This document shows, one piece after another, positions 12,101 through 25,350 of a stretch of 64,000 nucleotides of DNA. The notes beneath the pieces were generated by a model. That model searched no databases. It had not been told where the DNA came from and was given only the letters and a program-made list of their open reading frames with translations. The position numbers and the translations under genes were made by a program. The stretch is from Anthoceros angustus (Eukaryota > Plantae > Anthocerotophyta). The stretch lies in the NCBI GenBank assembly GCA_010909165.1, contig MU008173.1, positions 372,001 through 436,000 of the forward strand, in the 5' to 3' direction. Positions within the stretch are counted from its first letter, which is position 1; each line of letters begins with the position of its first letter.

Positions 12101-14798
12101 CCTTGGTTCATGGCGGGTTGTAAGATGGCCATGACCTTGTCATGGCATGGCACTTCCTTGGTCATCGGCCACTCGAAATCGCATTGCAAACACTTGTCCT
12201 TGGGTCACGAAATGGTCATAAAAACTGGGGACTATATATGGCATGCATGGAGGAATGGCATCGTGGACAAGGTTTCGTGTTTGTGCACAAACAAAGTAGC
12301 GTGGGAAGGTGGCATGGCAAGGCAAGGAGCCAACAATGGCATGCCACGTAGTCCCCTTCTTGGATGGAAGCACGGCGAAGGATGGTCCTAGCGCAAGTGA
12401 GGTGGGCACGCCTGGAGAATGCGGATTCAAGGAAGTGAGGTGGATGATCATCGCGTGAGGAGGCGGCGAGAGAGGTGTCGGGTCTTGGAGGAGCAACTTC
12501 AGCGGAGTCTTTGAGAGGACGATAGCGGCCGCAAGGGAGTGTCTCTAATAGGTGGGAGCTAACTGGAGCCGCTGCGCAGGAGAGAATCCAAAACTTTCGA
12601 GGAGGAATCGCCAGGCCGTGACATCGGAGGGAGGAGGAATTTGGCGTGAGTCCGGAGAAAGAGGACTGTGGTGATCGGGAGGAGCATGGTGGTGCTGCCC
12701 AAGAGGCCGACCGTGTGGCTGGCGAGAGAGAGGCCATTGGTCTTGTGGACCTTCTGTTCGGTGGCGATGGACAACCCCCAACAACGTGGGAGGAGGATGC
12801 CTGTGGAGGGGAGGAAACTGCTGCCCTGGGAGTGGAGACTGGTCTACTGGAGGAGGCGGTTGCGGAGGCGGGCCAAGGAACGCGTGCATATGATGGTCAG
12901 GAGGACGGTGAGGAGAAGGACACCAGTGTCAGGAATGATGGGGAAAGCGCGAGCAAGGAGGCAGATGTGGAGATGGCGGATGATGAGGTGGAGACGGACA
13001 TACCGACTACATTGCCACTACCTGAAATTGGAGAATTGATGGAGCGCGGTTGTGCCACTACCGAAATTGGAGAATTGATGGGCGTTGGCGGTAAGCCACA
13101 GCGTCATTGCCGTGTTGTGCATGGGCGTGGTGGAGTGTACATGGTGAGCGGTTATGCGATGGAGGTTGGGTGGAGAATGAGGAGTTGATGGTTGGTGCGA
13201 CGGTGATATGTAGGACGTGAGCTCTAAGTGATGTGTGTGCATGACGCAGGAAGAAGGGAAGGAAAGCTGGTGGAAGGTGAAGGCCATGTCGAAGGAAGGC
13301 ATGATACTAGTGGAGAGAAGGAAGATGGAGGAAAGGTGGCAAAGGGGGCGTCAACAAGTGATGGAGGCAACGTAGATGGTGGGGAACGATGGAGCAGCTG
13401 AGATGGTGGGGAACTGGATGTGGAGCGGGAGCGCTGAGAGATGGTGGGGAACCCGGATGTGGAGCGGAGCACCGAGAGATGGTGGGGAACTGGATGGATG
13501 AGAGAATGCGGAGCGCATGCAATGCAACTGGAAAACAACCGTGGCGGTGGGCCGTTTGTGGAGGGAATGTGAATGTTGAGCCATTTTCTTACGCTGGAGT
13601 CGCCAAGATGGGGTGGACCGGTGATGGTCAATCAACAAATGATGGAATTGGTATTCCCACCTTTATAGCCTAGCATTTACAGGGTCCTTCGCCGTGAAAG
13701 TGGTGATTGAGGCCTGGATAGGTCTAGGAAGTTGTGGAGGAACCACGAAAACAATGGTGTTGGTGCGAAGAGTCACCAAGTGACGCCGCAAGACGCATAT
13801 GGCCATATCACTTGGAAGACGATATGTTTGTAGATAAAGCCAATTGCATCGTGGCAACAAAGCCACCGATGTCGAAAGGGATAGAGGACGCTTGAACATC
13901 AAAATTCCAATTAATTTGTCAATAAAATCAAACACTTATATATGCAAGGTATGAGAGTGACGTAAGGGTTAGCACATACATATATTATATAAACAAGTCT
14001 TGACGCCTATATACATACATATACGTATACAAAGGAGGCATATAAATACACTAATATAATATAGAAGTATAACAGATGGATGTGTACATATATATGTACA
14101 CATACTTACACATACTTATGTCTTGAAGCCTATATACATATATATGTATACAAAGGATATGCAAAGGAGGTAAAATAGGAAGGGAAGGACAGGGAGAGAG
14201 AGGTCCTTGTTACAATCATGTTGCAAGAGGAAGAGGAAGAGTATAAAATGGTTGTGATAGGGGAGGTCCTTCTCACCATGATGGAGGAGGAGAAGTGAAA
14301 GAGTATAAAAGGGTGTGATAAGGGAGCAATAACTAGGGTGAGGTGAGAGGAGAGAGACCAAGCATTGTGTTAAGATGGGGTGAGAAGGTGGACAAGAAAT
14401 TGACACCCTGAACACCAAGCCACCAAAGAGTGTTGCAATTTTGAAGTGGTACATGAAGTGAGAGACCAAGCATTGTGTTAGGATGGTGGGAGAAGGAAGA
14501 GAAAAAATGGACCAACTTAACACCAAGCCATCAAAACATGTTGCAAGTTGGAAGTGTTACATAAAATTGCAACACGACTGTAATAAGGCGGTGGGAAATT
14601 ATTAATAATGCTTGTGAGAGAGGGGTGTACCGGAAGGGTGAGGTGGGAAGAGAGAGTGCAGTTCGTGTTAAGATGGTCGCACCAAACGGGACAGAACTAA
14701 CAAACTTAATACCAAGCCTCGAAAATATGTTGCAATGTGGAAGTGTAACAAAAAATTGCAACATCAACTGTAACATGGGGTGCCCTTTTCTAGTAGGG
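3054..14798. mobile_element. CMC/CACTA-like DNA transposon with CCCTA termini, apparently non-autonomous or decayed
   Basis: Left TIR CCCTACTAGAAATGGGCACCCTATGTTACACTTTATGTT at 3054 (duplicated at 5219). Right TIR reverse complement CCCTACTAGAAAAGGGCACCCCATGTTACAGTTGATGTT ends at 14798 (35/39 match). 3-bp TSD CAT (3051-3053 and 14799-14801). Subterminal TGTTACA/TGTAACA and TTGCAAC motifs at both ends. Removing it restores the integrase frame (..RIECVKH|VKECLPCQQTK..). Confidence 0.88.
6061..9378. repeat. ~1.0-1.2-kb pyrimidine-rich unit in three tandem copies (~6061-7247, ~7248-8387, ~8388-9378)
   Basis: Repeated blocks such as CTTGCTGGACATTTTCCTCTTCCGTCC, GATATCAAGCACTGCATG and CCTGCGATTTTTGGCTGTCCATAGTGCACACAAGTGTG occur three times. 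Copies 2 and 3 carry many small indels. Confidence 0.9.
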
Positions 14799-15009
14799 CA
14801 TGTGAAGGAGTGTCTACCATGTCAGCAGACCAAGTTCGAACACAAGCCACCTGCTGGTCTGCTTATGCCGCTGCAAGTTCCAGAGATGAAATGGCAGAGC
14901 AGAGCTTGCGACTTTGTCACCTGCCTGCCCAAGACCAGGAAGGGACATGATGCCATGTGGGTCTGCATCGATAGGGTCACCACGCTAGCGCATTTTATTC
15001 CTGTGAAGG
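14799..15009 (+). pseudogene. Gypsy integrase segment trapped between the two DNA transposons
   Basis: HVKECLPCQQTKFEHKPPAGLLMPLQVPEMKWQSRACDFVTCLPKTRKGHDAMWVCIDRVTTLAHFIPVK: the CxxC of the Zn finger plus the first catalytic Asp region of the rve core. Confidence 0.92.
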
Positions 15010-15675
15010 CACTACTACACATCGGGTGTTTTTATGACGAGAGCATTACAACGTTGGGTGCTTCGCGTTATAACTCGCGTCATATGGCATATGATGGGTT
15101 CCCCGACTCATCTTGGGTGGCCTTTAAAATACTCAAAGTACAACGCGAAGCAAAAACGTCATTTAGTTGACATACCTCCGGAAAACTTTCCCACCCGAAC
15201 CGTGAACGCGAATCTCACCGGGACTTACCGGGATGAGCCATCAGTTAGGGTTCCATGTTGGGGCTCGGTTCTTGTATGCATGTGCGATAACGGGTTCCAT
15301 TGGCAGGCTGGACAATGGCGGGCCGGAGAAGGTCGGTGTCAAGTGGCGTGCGCGCTGGAGGAGGCTTTCGGCCTTGCCTGCAGATTGCATTCAAGTTTTT
15401 GGGTTTGGAGTTTGTCCTACACAAGTGCTGGGAGCCAGTTGGGCGTGGTGGTCTCAAGTATGTTCGATCTAACTTTGATGAAAAGGCAATCCGAGAACAA
15501 AGATGATCGCGCACTATCTCATGTGTTGAATCAACGGGTTGCACAATCCCAGGCCGCGATGAGAAACGGTGCGATACAAAGTCCAGCCATGTACGAACCA
15601 AGGACGATCGGAATTAAATCCCGATATCATACCATGGACGGAGAGGCGCCAAAGCTAAACCCGCGTCATGTCAGG

Positions 15676-18600
15676 TTCGATTCTGATGTGCCTTCCCGGA
15701 CATGGATGTCAGCCATGCGATGCCGCCGGGAGGCGTGATGGGGTTCCAGCGTGGCTGCCGATTGTCAGTCATTGTACATGAGGACAATCGTCCAAAAATC
15801 CTTGGGGGGTTGGGTTCTATCCATCCGGAGTCTTCACGCTTGGACACAGATCCCACTCCCACGACGGGCCCGCCGAATCGACACGCTTGTAGGATCGAGA
15901 TGGGTGCGATTAGATTACCAGGCCATCGCCTGCTAGTCTAATTGCACCCATCTCGGTCACCGCCTGCTAATCTAATTGCACACACCGGTCATGGACATGT
16001 GGGTTGAAACGTGCGGTGCCCGAATGAACGACAGAGACGCATTGTTCCAACAATGTGTCTCCAACGCACCATACAATTATACATTGATTAACAAGCCGCG
16101 CAACCACTTACATGGCAACAATCCACATTCAAAAAGTCGGTGAGAAGGCAATGCATATTTAACGAGGCCACATACCCACAAGTCGGGTAAACTAAAATGC
16201 TGCCGACTAGGTGCATAACCGCTATCGCCACGCTCAAAACAAAGCCATGTAGGGTGGCGCCCGCGCCATTCCTATCCGATTGTGGCACATCACCGCTAGT
16301 ATTGGATGTCCACTATCGGTGAAGAACCTCAACATCAATCGGGCGTGAGGGCATGCGGGCGAACTTAAATGCAAATGCATTCCGGCCACAATGCATCCTC
16401 TGGCCCACCAATACAATGGCATGTCTCGACGATCAAGTCGCAAGCATCAAGAACGGTGCTTTGCTTCATTCGTGCCCACTGTGGAATAGCACACTAGGTG
16501 CTCATCCGACAGGTAAAGGCAGCCTCTCAAAGATGCCCAAAGACAAACCAAAACATCCATGGCCTTCTTCATGATCTTCTCAGCCGATGGGCTTGCAAGT
16601 GACACGCAAAAGGAGCGCATGGCGCCATCAGTCCACCTGGTGAGCCGCTTCTTGTCCCACGGAGGTCCCACGTAGCGTTTGAACAAGCCGGCCCCATTCG
16701 AATTCCTCGGGTTGTCGAACTCGCCTGATGTCATCTCTCGAGGAAGGGCGTTCACCCGGATGCGCCCGCCAGTGTGCTTGGAGGTGGATCAACGCGGTTC
16801 CCGCTCCACAGAGCACGTCGAACTTCGGAGAGCAAGCTGGGACAAAAAGCCGTGTCGCAGAGTTCCAATCTCCACAACAACCGAGACGCGCAAAATGTGA
16901 TCCCCTCATCTCCTCCACAATGTCAACCACATGCGCACCCTCCTTAGCGCCAAAGATGTGCAGCCCCAGCCGGTTCCGCAGCAACCCACCAATTCTTACG
17001 TCCCATTGATGGAGTTCCTGCCTCAATGGCAAAGGGCCTCCGTGCACGCAGGCGAGGCGTCGTAATCCTCTCCAAAGCATTCAAGCTCCGGTGCTCGCTA
17101 CTTGCATCACCCATCGTCGAGCCCGAGTCCAAATGTCGGAACATCGACCTCTGCGATTCGGTATGCCTTGGCGCAAACATAATCACGGCGAGGGAGCATG
17201 TTCCCATATCCACACCTCTTGGGCACGGGCGTCCATCCAACAATGTGCGCTGCCTCACATTACGCCCCGATGGCGCAGAGTCATTTCCGCTAGTGTCCGC
17301 TTACGGGAGTTCGTGCCTCGCAGAGCCACGCGCTTCATCGCATGGCCCTCGACTATGCCCCCCCATTATGTTTACGACACCACGGCCGGACGCAAGGATT
17401 CTCCGATCGCTTGGCTCGAGGAATGCGGAATGTCGAGTTCGATTACGATGTGCCTCCGGACATGGATGTCGACCATGCGATACCGAGGCGTGATGGGGTT
17501 CAGTGGCTGCCGATTGTCGATCATTGTACATGAGGACAATCGTCCAAAAATCCTTGGGGTTGGGTCTATCCATCCGAGTCTTCACGCTTGGACAGATCCC
17601 ACTCACGGCGGGCCCGCTTTTCGCCCGACACGTTGGCAGGTAGGGCGACGAGATGGGTGCGATTAGATTACCAGGCCGCGCTGGTCTACCCATCACCATC
17701 TGCCTAATCTAATTGCACCGGGTCACGGACATGTGGTTGAAACGTCACGGTGCCCGAATGAAACGACAGCGTTGTTCCAACAATGTGTCTCCAACGCTAC
17801 CATACAATTATACATTGATTATTTGCCGCAACCGCCCCATGGCAACAATCACATTAAAAAAGTTCCTGAGAAGCCAATGCATATTTAACGAGGCCACATA
17901 CCCACAAGTCGGGTAAACTAAAATCTTACCGACTAGGTGCATAACTGCTATCTGCCACGCTCAAAACGCCATGTAGGGTGGCCTTTCGCCATTCCTATCC
18001 GATTGTGGCACATCACACGCTATTGATGTCCACTATCGCGTAACTCAACATCAATCGGGCGTGCGGGCATGCGGGCGAACTTAAATGCAAATGCATTCCG
18101 GCCACAATGCGGATCCTGCGTCCACCAATACAATGGCAAGTCTCGGGCGATCAAGTCGCAAGCATCAAGAACACGGTGCTTTGCTTCTTCATCATCACTG
18201 TGGAATAGCACACTAGGTGCTCATCCGATTGTAGTGAAAGGCGACCTCTCGGCATGCCCGGCCCAAAACATCCATGGCCTTCTTCATGATCTTCATGGCG
18301 ATGGGCTTGCAAGTGACACGCAAAAGCAGGCGCATGGCGCCATCAGTCCGATCCACAGTGAGCCTTCTTGTCCCACGGAGGTCCCACGGTAGCGTTTGAA
18401 CAAGCCCATTCATTAATTCCTCGGGTTGTCGAACTCGCCTGATGTCATCTCTCGAGTAGGAAGGGTTCACTCGGATCGCCCGATTGTGTGCTTGGAGGTG
18501 GATCAACGCGGTTCCCGCTCCACACGACGTCGAACTTCCCGAGGCGGCGGGACAAAAAGCCGTGTCGCAGGAGTTCCAATCTCCACAAGCAGGGCGTTCG

Positions 18601-19177
18601 GCAAAAGCAGTCCTCATCTCCTCCACAATGTCAACCACATGCGCACCGGCTCCTTAGCGCGGCCCGATGCGAGGCCCGGGTTCGCGCAGCAACCCACCAA
18701 TTCTTTCGTCCCATTCATGATGGAGTTCCGTCTCAATGGCAAAGGGCCTCCGTCGTGCACGGCAATGCGAGCGATGTCGTAATCCCTCTCCAAAACATTC
18801 AAGCTCCGGTGCTCTGCTACTTGCATCACCCATCGTCCAGAGCCCAGAGTCCAGATGTCTGGCACTTCGACCTCTGCAGTTCGGTATGCTTTGGCGCAAA
18901 CATAATCACCAGATGCGAGGGCGGGAGCATGCTCCCAAATCCACACCTCTTGGGCACTGGGGCGTCCATCCAACAATGCGTGCGTCTCACATGCGCTCGG
19001 GTTCCATGGCGCAGAGTCATTTCCTGGTGTCCGTCGGTGGGAGTTCGTGCCTCCGGCGGCCCACGGCGTTTTCTTCATTGCTCCTCGACTATGCCCCCGT
19101 TAGCCATGTTTGCACCGCCGGACGCAAGCAAGGACTCTCCGATGGCTTCGGCTCTGAGGGAATGCGGAATGTCGAGG
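15676..19177. repeat. ~1.75-kb tandem duplication inside the CACTA element (~15676-17437 / ~17436-19177)
   Basis: Shared blocks (TCATTGTACATGAGGACAATCGTCCAAAAATCCTTGGGG, GAACTTAAATGCAAATGCATTCCGGCCACAATGC, GGAATGCGGAATGTCGAG). The copies differ by many small indels. Confidence 0.88.
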
Positions 19178-20189
19178 ACACTGTGTAGTAGGGGCTTCTT
19201 CGCCTTGCCAAGCGTAACTATGGAGTGGGAGTGGCGGCATCTGACTTACATGGTGTACCTCAAGTACCTCCAAGTTTGGCATGCAGATGGAATATTCCTC
19301 AAAATGCTAAGAACAATCCGGATTACGGTTGCAAGCAGACCCTCCCCGCCCCAACCCCGCCTCCACTTGGGGAGTGATTTCGCCCTTTCCCATTTGCGGC
19401 CCGCCGACGCCGTCATGGTTCACCCAATGAGGAATCGTGAAATTCCAACAGTTTACTGCTTGTGCCCCGATTGCACTCCAACGAGTAGGAGGGTCCGGGG
19501 TGACATTGCTATACGCCACGCTCGTCACCATCAGTTGTTGCGTCGAATTCAGTGGGTTAGCTCAAGCCAGCATAGTGTCCATGTCCTAGCCAAGCACCGG
19601 GTGCTCACATTTCATGGTCCTTGCAGGGTCGACCTGGGAGAAGGCAAATAGACCAACAGAGAGAGGTCGCTCCGGGCAATTGCCACGATGCAGGGCATTT
19701 GGCGTTGGAATGGGGAGTTATGCAAGGTTCGCCTCTGGTTGATGTTGCTCCACCCGCGCTACCATGGACAGGTGACGAGGCGAATGGTCGACACAAGGGC
19801 CCACGACCGAGATCCTCGCGGGCTACGGTCGATGGAGGTGAAGACAGAGCTGAGGGGTGCTATCGGTGATTCGCGAGTCCGTGAGGTCGCTTCACCCGCC
19901 ACCTAATCATGGAAGTTGGATGCTCGTGAACAAGAGGAGGCGGCGACAATGACTGACTGGCCAACGCTGTAAACCGCCAAGGCATGCATGAAGATGAATT
20001 GAGCCTCTTTTGACATTGACGGCGCCAAGTGATCAAAGTCGGATTTCCGCCACAATAGCTCGCTTCATGTCCAAGAGTCGTTCAACATCTCGATAATGAA
20101 CAAGATTTTCTATGTGATACACTGCTTTTGCCCAAGCCGAACACGCTTCCAAGTAGCGCGAAGCACATAAGATCCCGCCACCTATCTCA

Positions 20190-22890
20190 AAGTGTCGCAT
20201 CGCCTGTGCCGCGATTGTAGTATATCGGGTGACAGAGTCGCAACCCACGCCACCGATGCGACTTGCGCGCAGACTGTGAGTAGGCGGAACAACCGAGTGC
20301 CTTTTAAGACATTCTTTCACTTCCCACTTCTACAGCGGCTCCAACGGCTTTTCAAGTGTCCGACCTCGCAAGTGAAATGACATGGTGGGCAAAGAACCGC
20401 AGTCCGGATGGGAAGCTGAGGATTTTAGCAGATACGCCGGCGTGGAGAGTACTTGATGGCGTGGATGATTTTGGCAATGACCATAGAAACCTTCGTCTCA
20501 GCATTGCAACAGATGGGGTGAACCCCAGCGGGCATCGATCAAATGCAAAATCAATCTGGCCTGTTATGTTGATCATTCATAACCTTCCTCCTTGGGTGTC
20601 GACGAAGAAGGAGAGGATACTCTTATCTTTGATTATCTCAGGTCCACGCCAGGTCCCAAACTTTGATGTTTACCTCGAGCCATTGATTTCAGAATTATAG
20701 CAATTATGGCATGGCATCCCTTGCGAGGATTACAGCAAGCCCGTAGGCGATCCAACCCGGCATTTCACTCTCAGGGGAGCACTTATTATGGCCACATGTG
20801 ACTACCCTGGACTAGGGACGTTGTTTGGGCTTCAGGTCAGGGGAAAAGCAGCTTGTATTGAGTGCGGTCTGGGTCTTGGTGCGAGGTGGTCTGCAGATCT
20901 CGACAAATGTTTGTTTGAGGGGCATCGCAGGTGGGTGCCGGGCATGGATGACCCACGGATCGAAACCGCGAGGCTTTCAACAACAAGCCGAGGGTCGCGC
21001 TCACTGCACCGTGGACGTAATTGCGGAAATGGAGCGTTGGAGCATTGCAGTGCCCCGGGGCACGACATGGCGTATGGGGTGACTAGGATGGTCTAATCTT
21101 GCGTGCTTTGCCTTACTTGTGTTTTACACACAATTATGGCATGGCATCCCTTGCGAGGATTACAAGCCGTAGGCGATCCAACCCGGCATTTCACTCTCGG
21201 GGAGCACTTATTATGGCCACATGTGACTACCGGGACTAGGGACGTTGTTTGGGTCTTGGTCGAGCGACTTGTATTGAGTGCAGTGCAGGTCTTGGTGCGA
21301 GGTGGTGCAGATCTCGACAAATGTTTGTTTGAGGGGCATCGCGGTGGGTCGGGCATGGATGACCACGCCGTCGAAACCGCGAGGCTTTCAACAACAAGCC
21401 GAGGATCGTGCGCCCAATTCGCACCGTCTTGGGGCGTAATTGCGGAAATGGAGCGTTGGAGCATTGCGTGCACGAGCACGACATGGCGTATGGGGTGACT
21501 AGGAATGGTCTAATCTTGCGTGCTTTGCCTTACTTGTGTTTTACACACAAATTATGGATAAAGGACATTATGCATGTGGAGGTAAATAAGCGCAAAGCAA
21601 TATGGTCCACCTTAAGTGGCAAAAGTGACACCATTGGCTGCAGGGCGGATTTGGAAGAAATTGACTCAAAGCCCTGGCTATGGGCAATGGAGGATGAGGA
21701 TGCTATGCAGCTGCCTGATGCCTCGTATGTCCTATTGCCAGGTGATTTCCAGGCAGTCAAGGATGAAATAAGAGATATGAGGCCGCCTACCGGTTTCGGG
21801 GCAAACTTGAAGGCGTGTTTTACTGGCCCGAAAGTCACTGGAATGAAAAGCCATGATTGGCATTGCATTGCTGCGATTATCTCGCCCATTGCCTTGCGGG
21901 GCCGTTTGCCACCTCGCGAGTTCCAAGTTGTGAAGCGCCTCGCCGGGATGTATAGATGGTTGTGCTCCAAGGAGATTGCAGTCGCCGATATTCCGCGGAT
22001 GAAGTTGGAGGTCATAGACATCATGGTGTCCTTGGAAATGCACATGCCATCAACTTTCTGGAATAGCATGCAGCATCTTATTATACACCTTGTGGACGAA
22101 GTAGAAACGCATGGAACGGTTCATTGCCGCTGGATGTACCCTGTGGAGCGGTACATGCAGGTGCTAAAAAGCCATGTTCGTCAAAGGGCAAGACCGGAGG
22201 GGAGCATGGCCACTGGGTATGTGGCCATGGAGGCCATGCATTATGCGAGTGAATATCTGGCAGGCATACTTCCTGAGCATGCCACACTATATCGTAGAAA
22301 TTGCCATTTGCACAAAGAGGAGTTGTTGGTTGGGCAAGCAAAAAAGACACTCCACCGACCAGCGCCTTCATTGGTACCTACCATCAGATTCAAGTCCTCG
22401 CCAATGAGAAGTAGACACGCTATGGAGGGCTCGGATGGCGTGGATTTCATGATGTGGTTGCAGAGTCCTTGCGGGTAGATGGGCTGACCACCGAACGATG
22501 ACGTCATAGCTCTGTCGTGGGGCCCAAGGACTGTTGTGAAGAGTTATCGAGGCTTGAATACAAGGGGGTACCATTTTAGATCACTGGGCGGTGATGAAGG
22601 TCGGACATCCACTCAGGATAGTTGGGTTTACGGGTCATTTGAGATGGTAGGTGCCAGTGAAACAGCTGAGTTCTTTGGCCGGATATTGGAGATCCTTGAA
22701 GTGGAGTGTGAAGGAGGAGACTTTCAGACAATCATATTGAATGTGCATTGGTACCAATGTTCGGTGACGAAAGAGCCACCATCCATGGTGCGTGATTTCA
22801 GCGGGTTCTGGGGAGTTGACACCAGGTACCCGTACCGGTATAATCGGAACCATCAAACAGGGCCCTACACTTTCCGGCGCATGTAACTCA
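20190..22890 (+). pseudogene. CACTA TnpD/Tnp2 transposase (Transposase_21, DUF4218- and DUF4216-like regions), disrupted
   Basis: FPLLQRLQRLF; ADTPAW..RNLRLSIATDGVNP..SIWPVMLIIHNLPPW..IISGPRQVPNFDVYLEPLISEL; DYPGLGTL; DIMHVEVN; GMKSHDWH; MQHLIIHLVDEV..GTVHCRWMYPVERYMQVLKSHVRQRARPEGSMATGY; FFGRILEILEV. Contains frameshifts, a stop and an internal ~430-bp duplication (20701-21130 / 21131-21548). Confidence 0.92.
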
Positions 22891-23428
22891 AGTGTTTGCT
22901 CATCGGGATGTAATGCCTGGCAAACAGGCGTGGATGATATGCACACCAGTACCTGCCAGGTGGGACCGCTCGTGTGAGCCCTTAGAAGCATAGACCCGGG
23001 TGTTCTAACAGGCGTGGAGGATATGCACAGCTTGTATTGCCAGGTGGGACCGCTCGCGCGGGCCCTTAGAAGCAGGAAAGTACCATGCTCTAACCTCCAT
23101 TATGACACGACGCCTGCGGTGTGTGTAAGGTCTCGATCATAAACAATGATGATAGAGAATGGCATACATGTGCGGAGTGTATACCATTTTGACCACTCAC
23201 CGCTCGCTCGCTTAACGCTTGCTCCGCAAGTCACTCCTTGTGCCACGTTTGGATAGAAGTAGTATCTACAAGTCGGAGTCCGAGTTTAGAAGCCGGACCA
23301 TCCACCATGCGAGCTTAAGAATACTAAGCAATTTGGCATGCTATTTCGCCAAAAACACTTCACGTCCTTGAATAAAGACCACAATTGGGCTTCCGAGTCG
23401 TTCTAGTAGGCACTTTGGTCCTCTAGGA

Positions 23429-25350
23429 ATGGCGGAGTGGGACGTCGATGGGACCGAGTTGGAGCTTGCATTGCAGCTTAGCTTGTACGATGGTGTCGCG
23501 AGGAATTACACCATTGGGTGCCCGGGGACGGTGGCAAGCAATTGTTGTCACCGTGAGAAGAGGGCTGAAGCGGCAGAGCAAAGGCGGAGCACGGCGATGA
23601 AATGCTCCACTGCGAGCATTGGTGTGGACCGGCCAGGCATCACGCCTTTGTCAGACGCCAGAAGTGACAGTGGATGTGTTCAAAATTCTTTTCCGGACAG
23701 TGTGCATGCAGGAAACGTGGTACTGCGGCCATCTCTGGAGGCAACCCGTGACCAAGATGCGAGCCCTCCGGAGCAGGGCAAATTTACGCCAAGCCCGGTT
23801 AGGGCCGCAACCTTAACAAGGGTTCCCATAGAAGGCCCTTGGAGGAAGAGGAGGAGATTACGCCAGTGTGGCGATCGCAAACAGCCAGACGCCGGGGGCG
23901 CGTTGATGATGACGACAAGGTGACGACGCACCATCCACCCACTTTACGCCCCTTGTCGGTGTCCCTGTTCATATTTGGTGACGCTCGCTCTTGTTTAATT
24001 GCAAGGGCACTCCGTGGTGTCGACGCGCAGAGACAATGGTCGAAGGGGACCATTGTTGATGAATTATTGTCCGGAGGACATGTAGGCGACGAGACGGGTG
24101 TGTATCCGATTGAGGTCGATGGCGATTACGAGCATGGGACGGGAGAGGGATACTGCGAGGATGATTTTGACGAAGACCTGGAGGCAAGCACTTGGAGGCG
24201 GTTTGCGGAGGCAGGGGGAGACATCCCAGAACCAGTCCCGCCTACTGTTCAAGCTTTTTACAATATTTTGCCCACAATTGCACTAACAGATGTGTTGAAG
24301 GCAGTTGCTAGGGTGCATGGGAGTCACAAGCTGCTACCTGAAGCAACGCGAATTTGCTGCGAGGCCAAATCGCTACTTGGTAGCGATCACGTGGACGAGG
24401 AAGCCATATTTGGAGGTGTTGGAGGGGACACAAAGAGCACCTTCCACAAGCGGATCACAGAACTGATTCACTCAAGGTGCACTATCTTGAAGCCATGGTC
24501 GAAGCACACAGCCGAGTTTCGAGCGGAACTTGTGGATGCTGCGCAGAGGACTTGTCCAAGTGTCACGAACCGAGACTTCATCAACCACCAGTTCTCTGTC
24601 TCTTCCAGGCAGTGGAATTTCCAGGCTTTGAAGCGCGTGAAGGTGGCGGCCGCTCAATTGCGAGTATGGGAAGGTGTTGGACCACGATATCGGACTAGGG
24701 TCCGTGGGTATCGGCGCGTGGCGGGAGGCGTGGAGTTTGGAGTGCGAGAGCTTGCAAGGGGTGGAGGTGTGTGGCCTCGCCCACAGGCCACACCACAAAG
24801 ACGCTGGATGGATAAGTATAAGGGTGCAGGATGCAACCCTTTTGGGCGTGGTGGAGCAAGAGGCCTCCCAAGGCTTTTCACATGAAGTGGGGTCGGATCC
24901 CCACTCGTGCAGAAAGGCGGCTCGCGACACATGAGGTCGAGGAGATGCCTACATTCTGGGCTGAAAACGAAAAAGGTGGCAATGGACATGCCGGAGATGG
25001 CACCGCAGGTATGATGTTAGGCCAACCCATTGGGTGCGTCACGCCCACAAGCTCAGCATATAGACTTGACCGAGTGCATGGTAGTTGTGTAGGCTGCGGA
25101 AGACCAGATGATGGACTTATGGCCACGAGCAGCGCAACACCTTCTGGTGGGCGAAGAGACGATGACCTCCGCTTGGAAGATGCCTCTGCCGCACGGCTGG
25201 CACACCTTCACCTCAACCCGCAACATCAAGCGAAGAGTGCACGATGACCTCCGCTTGGAAGATGCCTTTTGCCGGTGCACGGGCACACCTTCACCTCAAC
25301 GCAACATCAAGCAGACGAGTGACCCGGAGCCCGCTGCAATGGCCGACGTT
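23429..25350 (+). pseudogene. Probable second CACTA ORF (TnpA-like position), fragmented
   Basis: Long ORFs (23429-23923, 23839-24885, 24831-25247) lie downstream of TnpD on the same strand inside the TIRs. No diagnostic motif recognised; assignment is positional only. Confidence 0.4.

Noticed and set aside
18488-19651. 387-aa plus-strand ORF inside the CACTA element
   Set aside because: It crosses the end of an indel-rich duplicate copy, is not preserved in the other copy and has no motifs; likely spurious.
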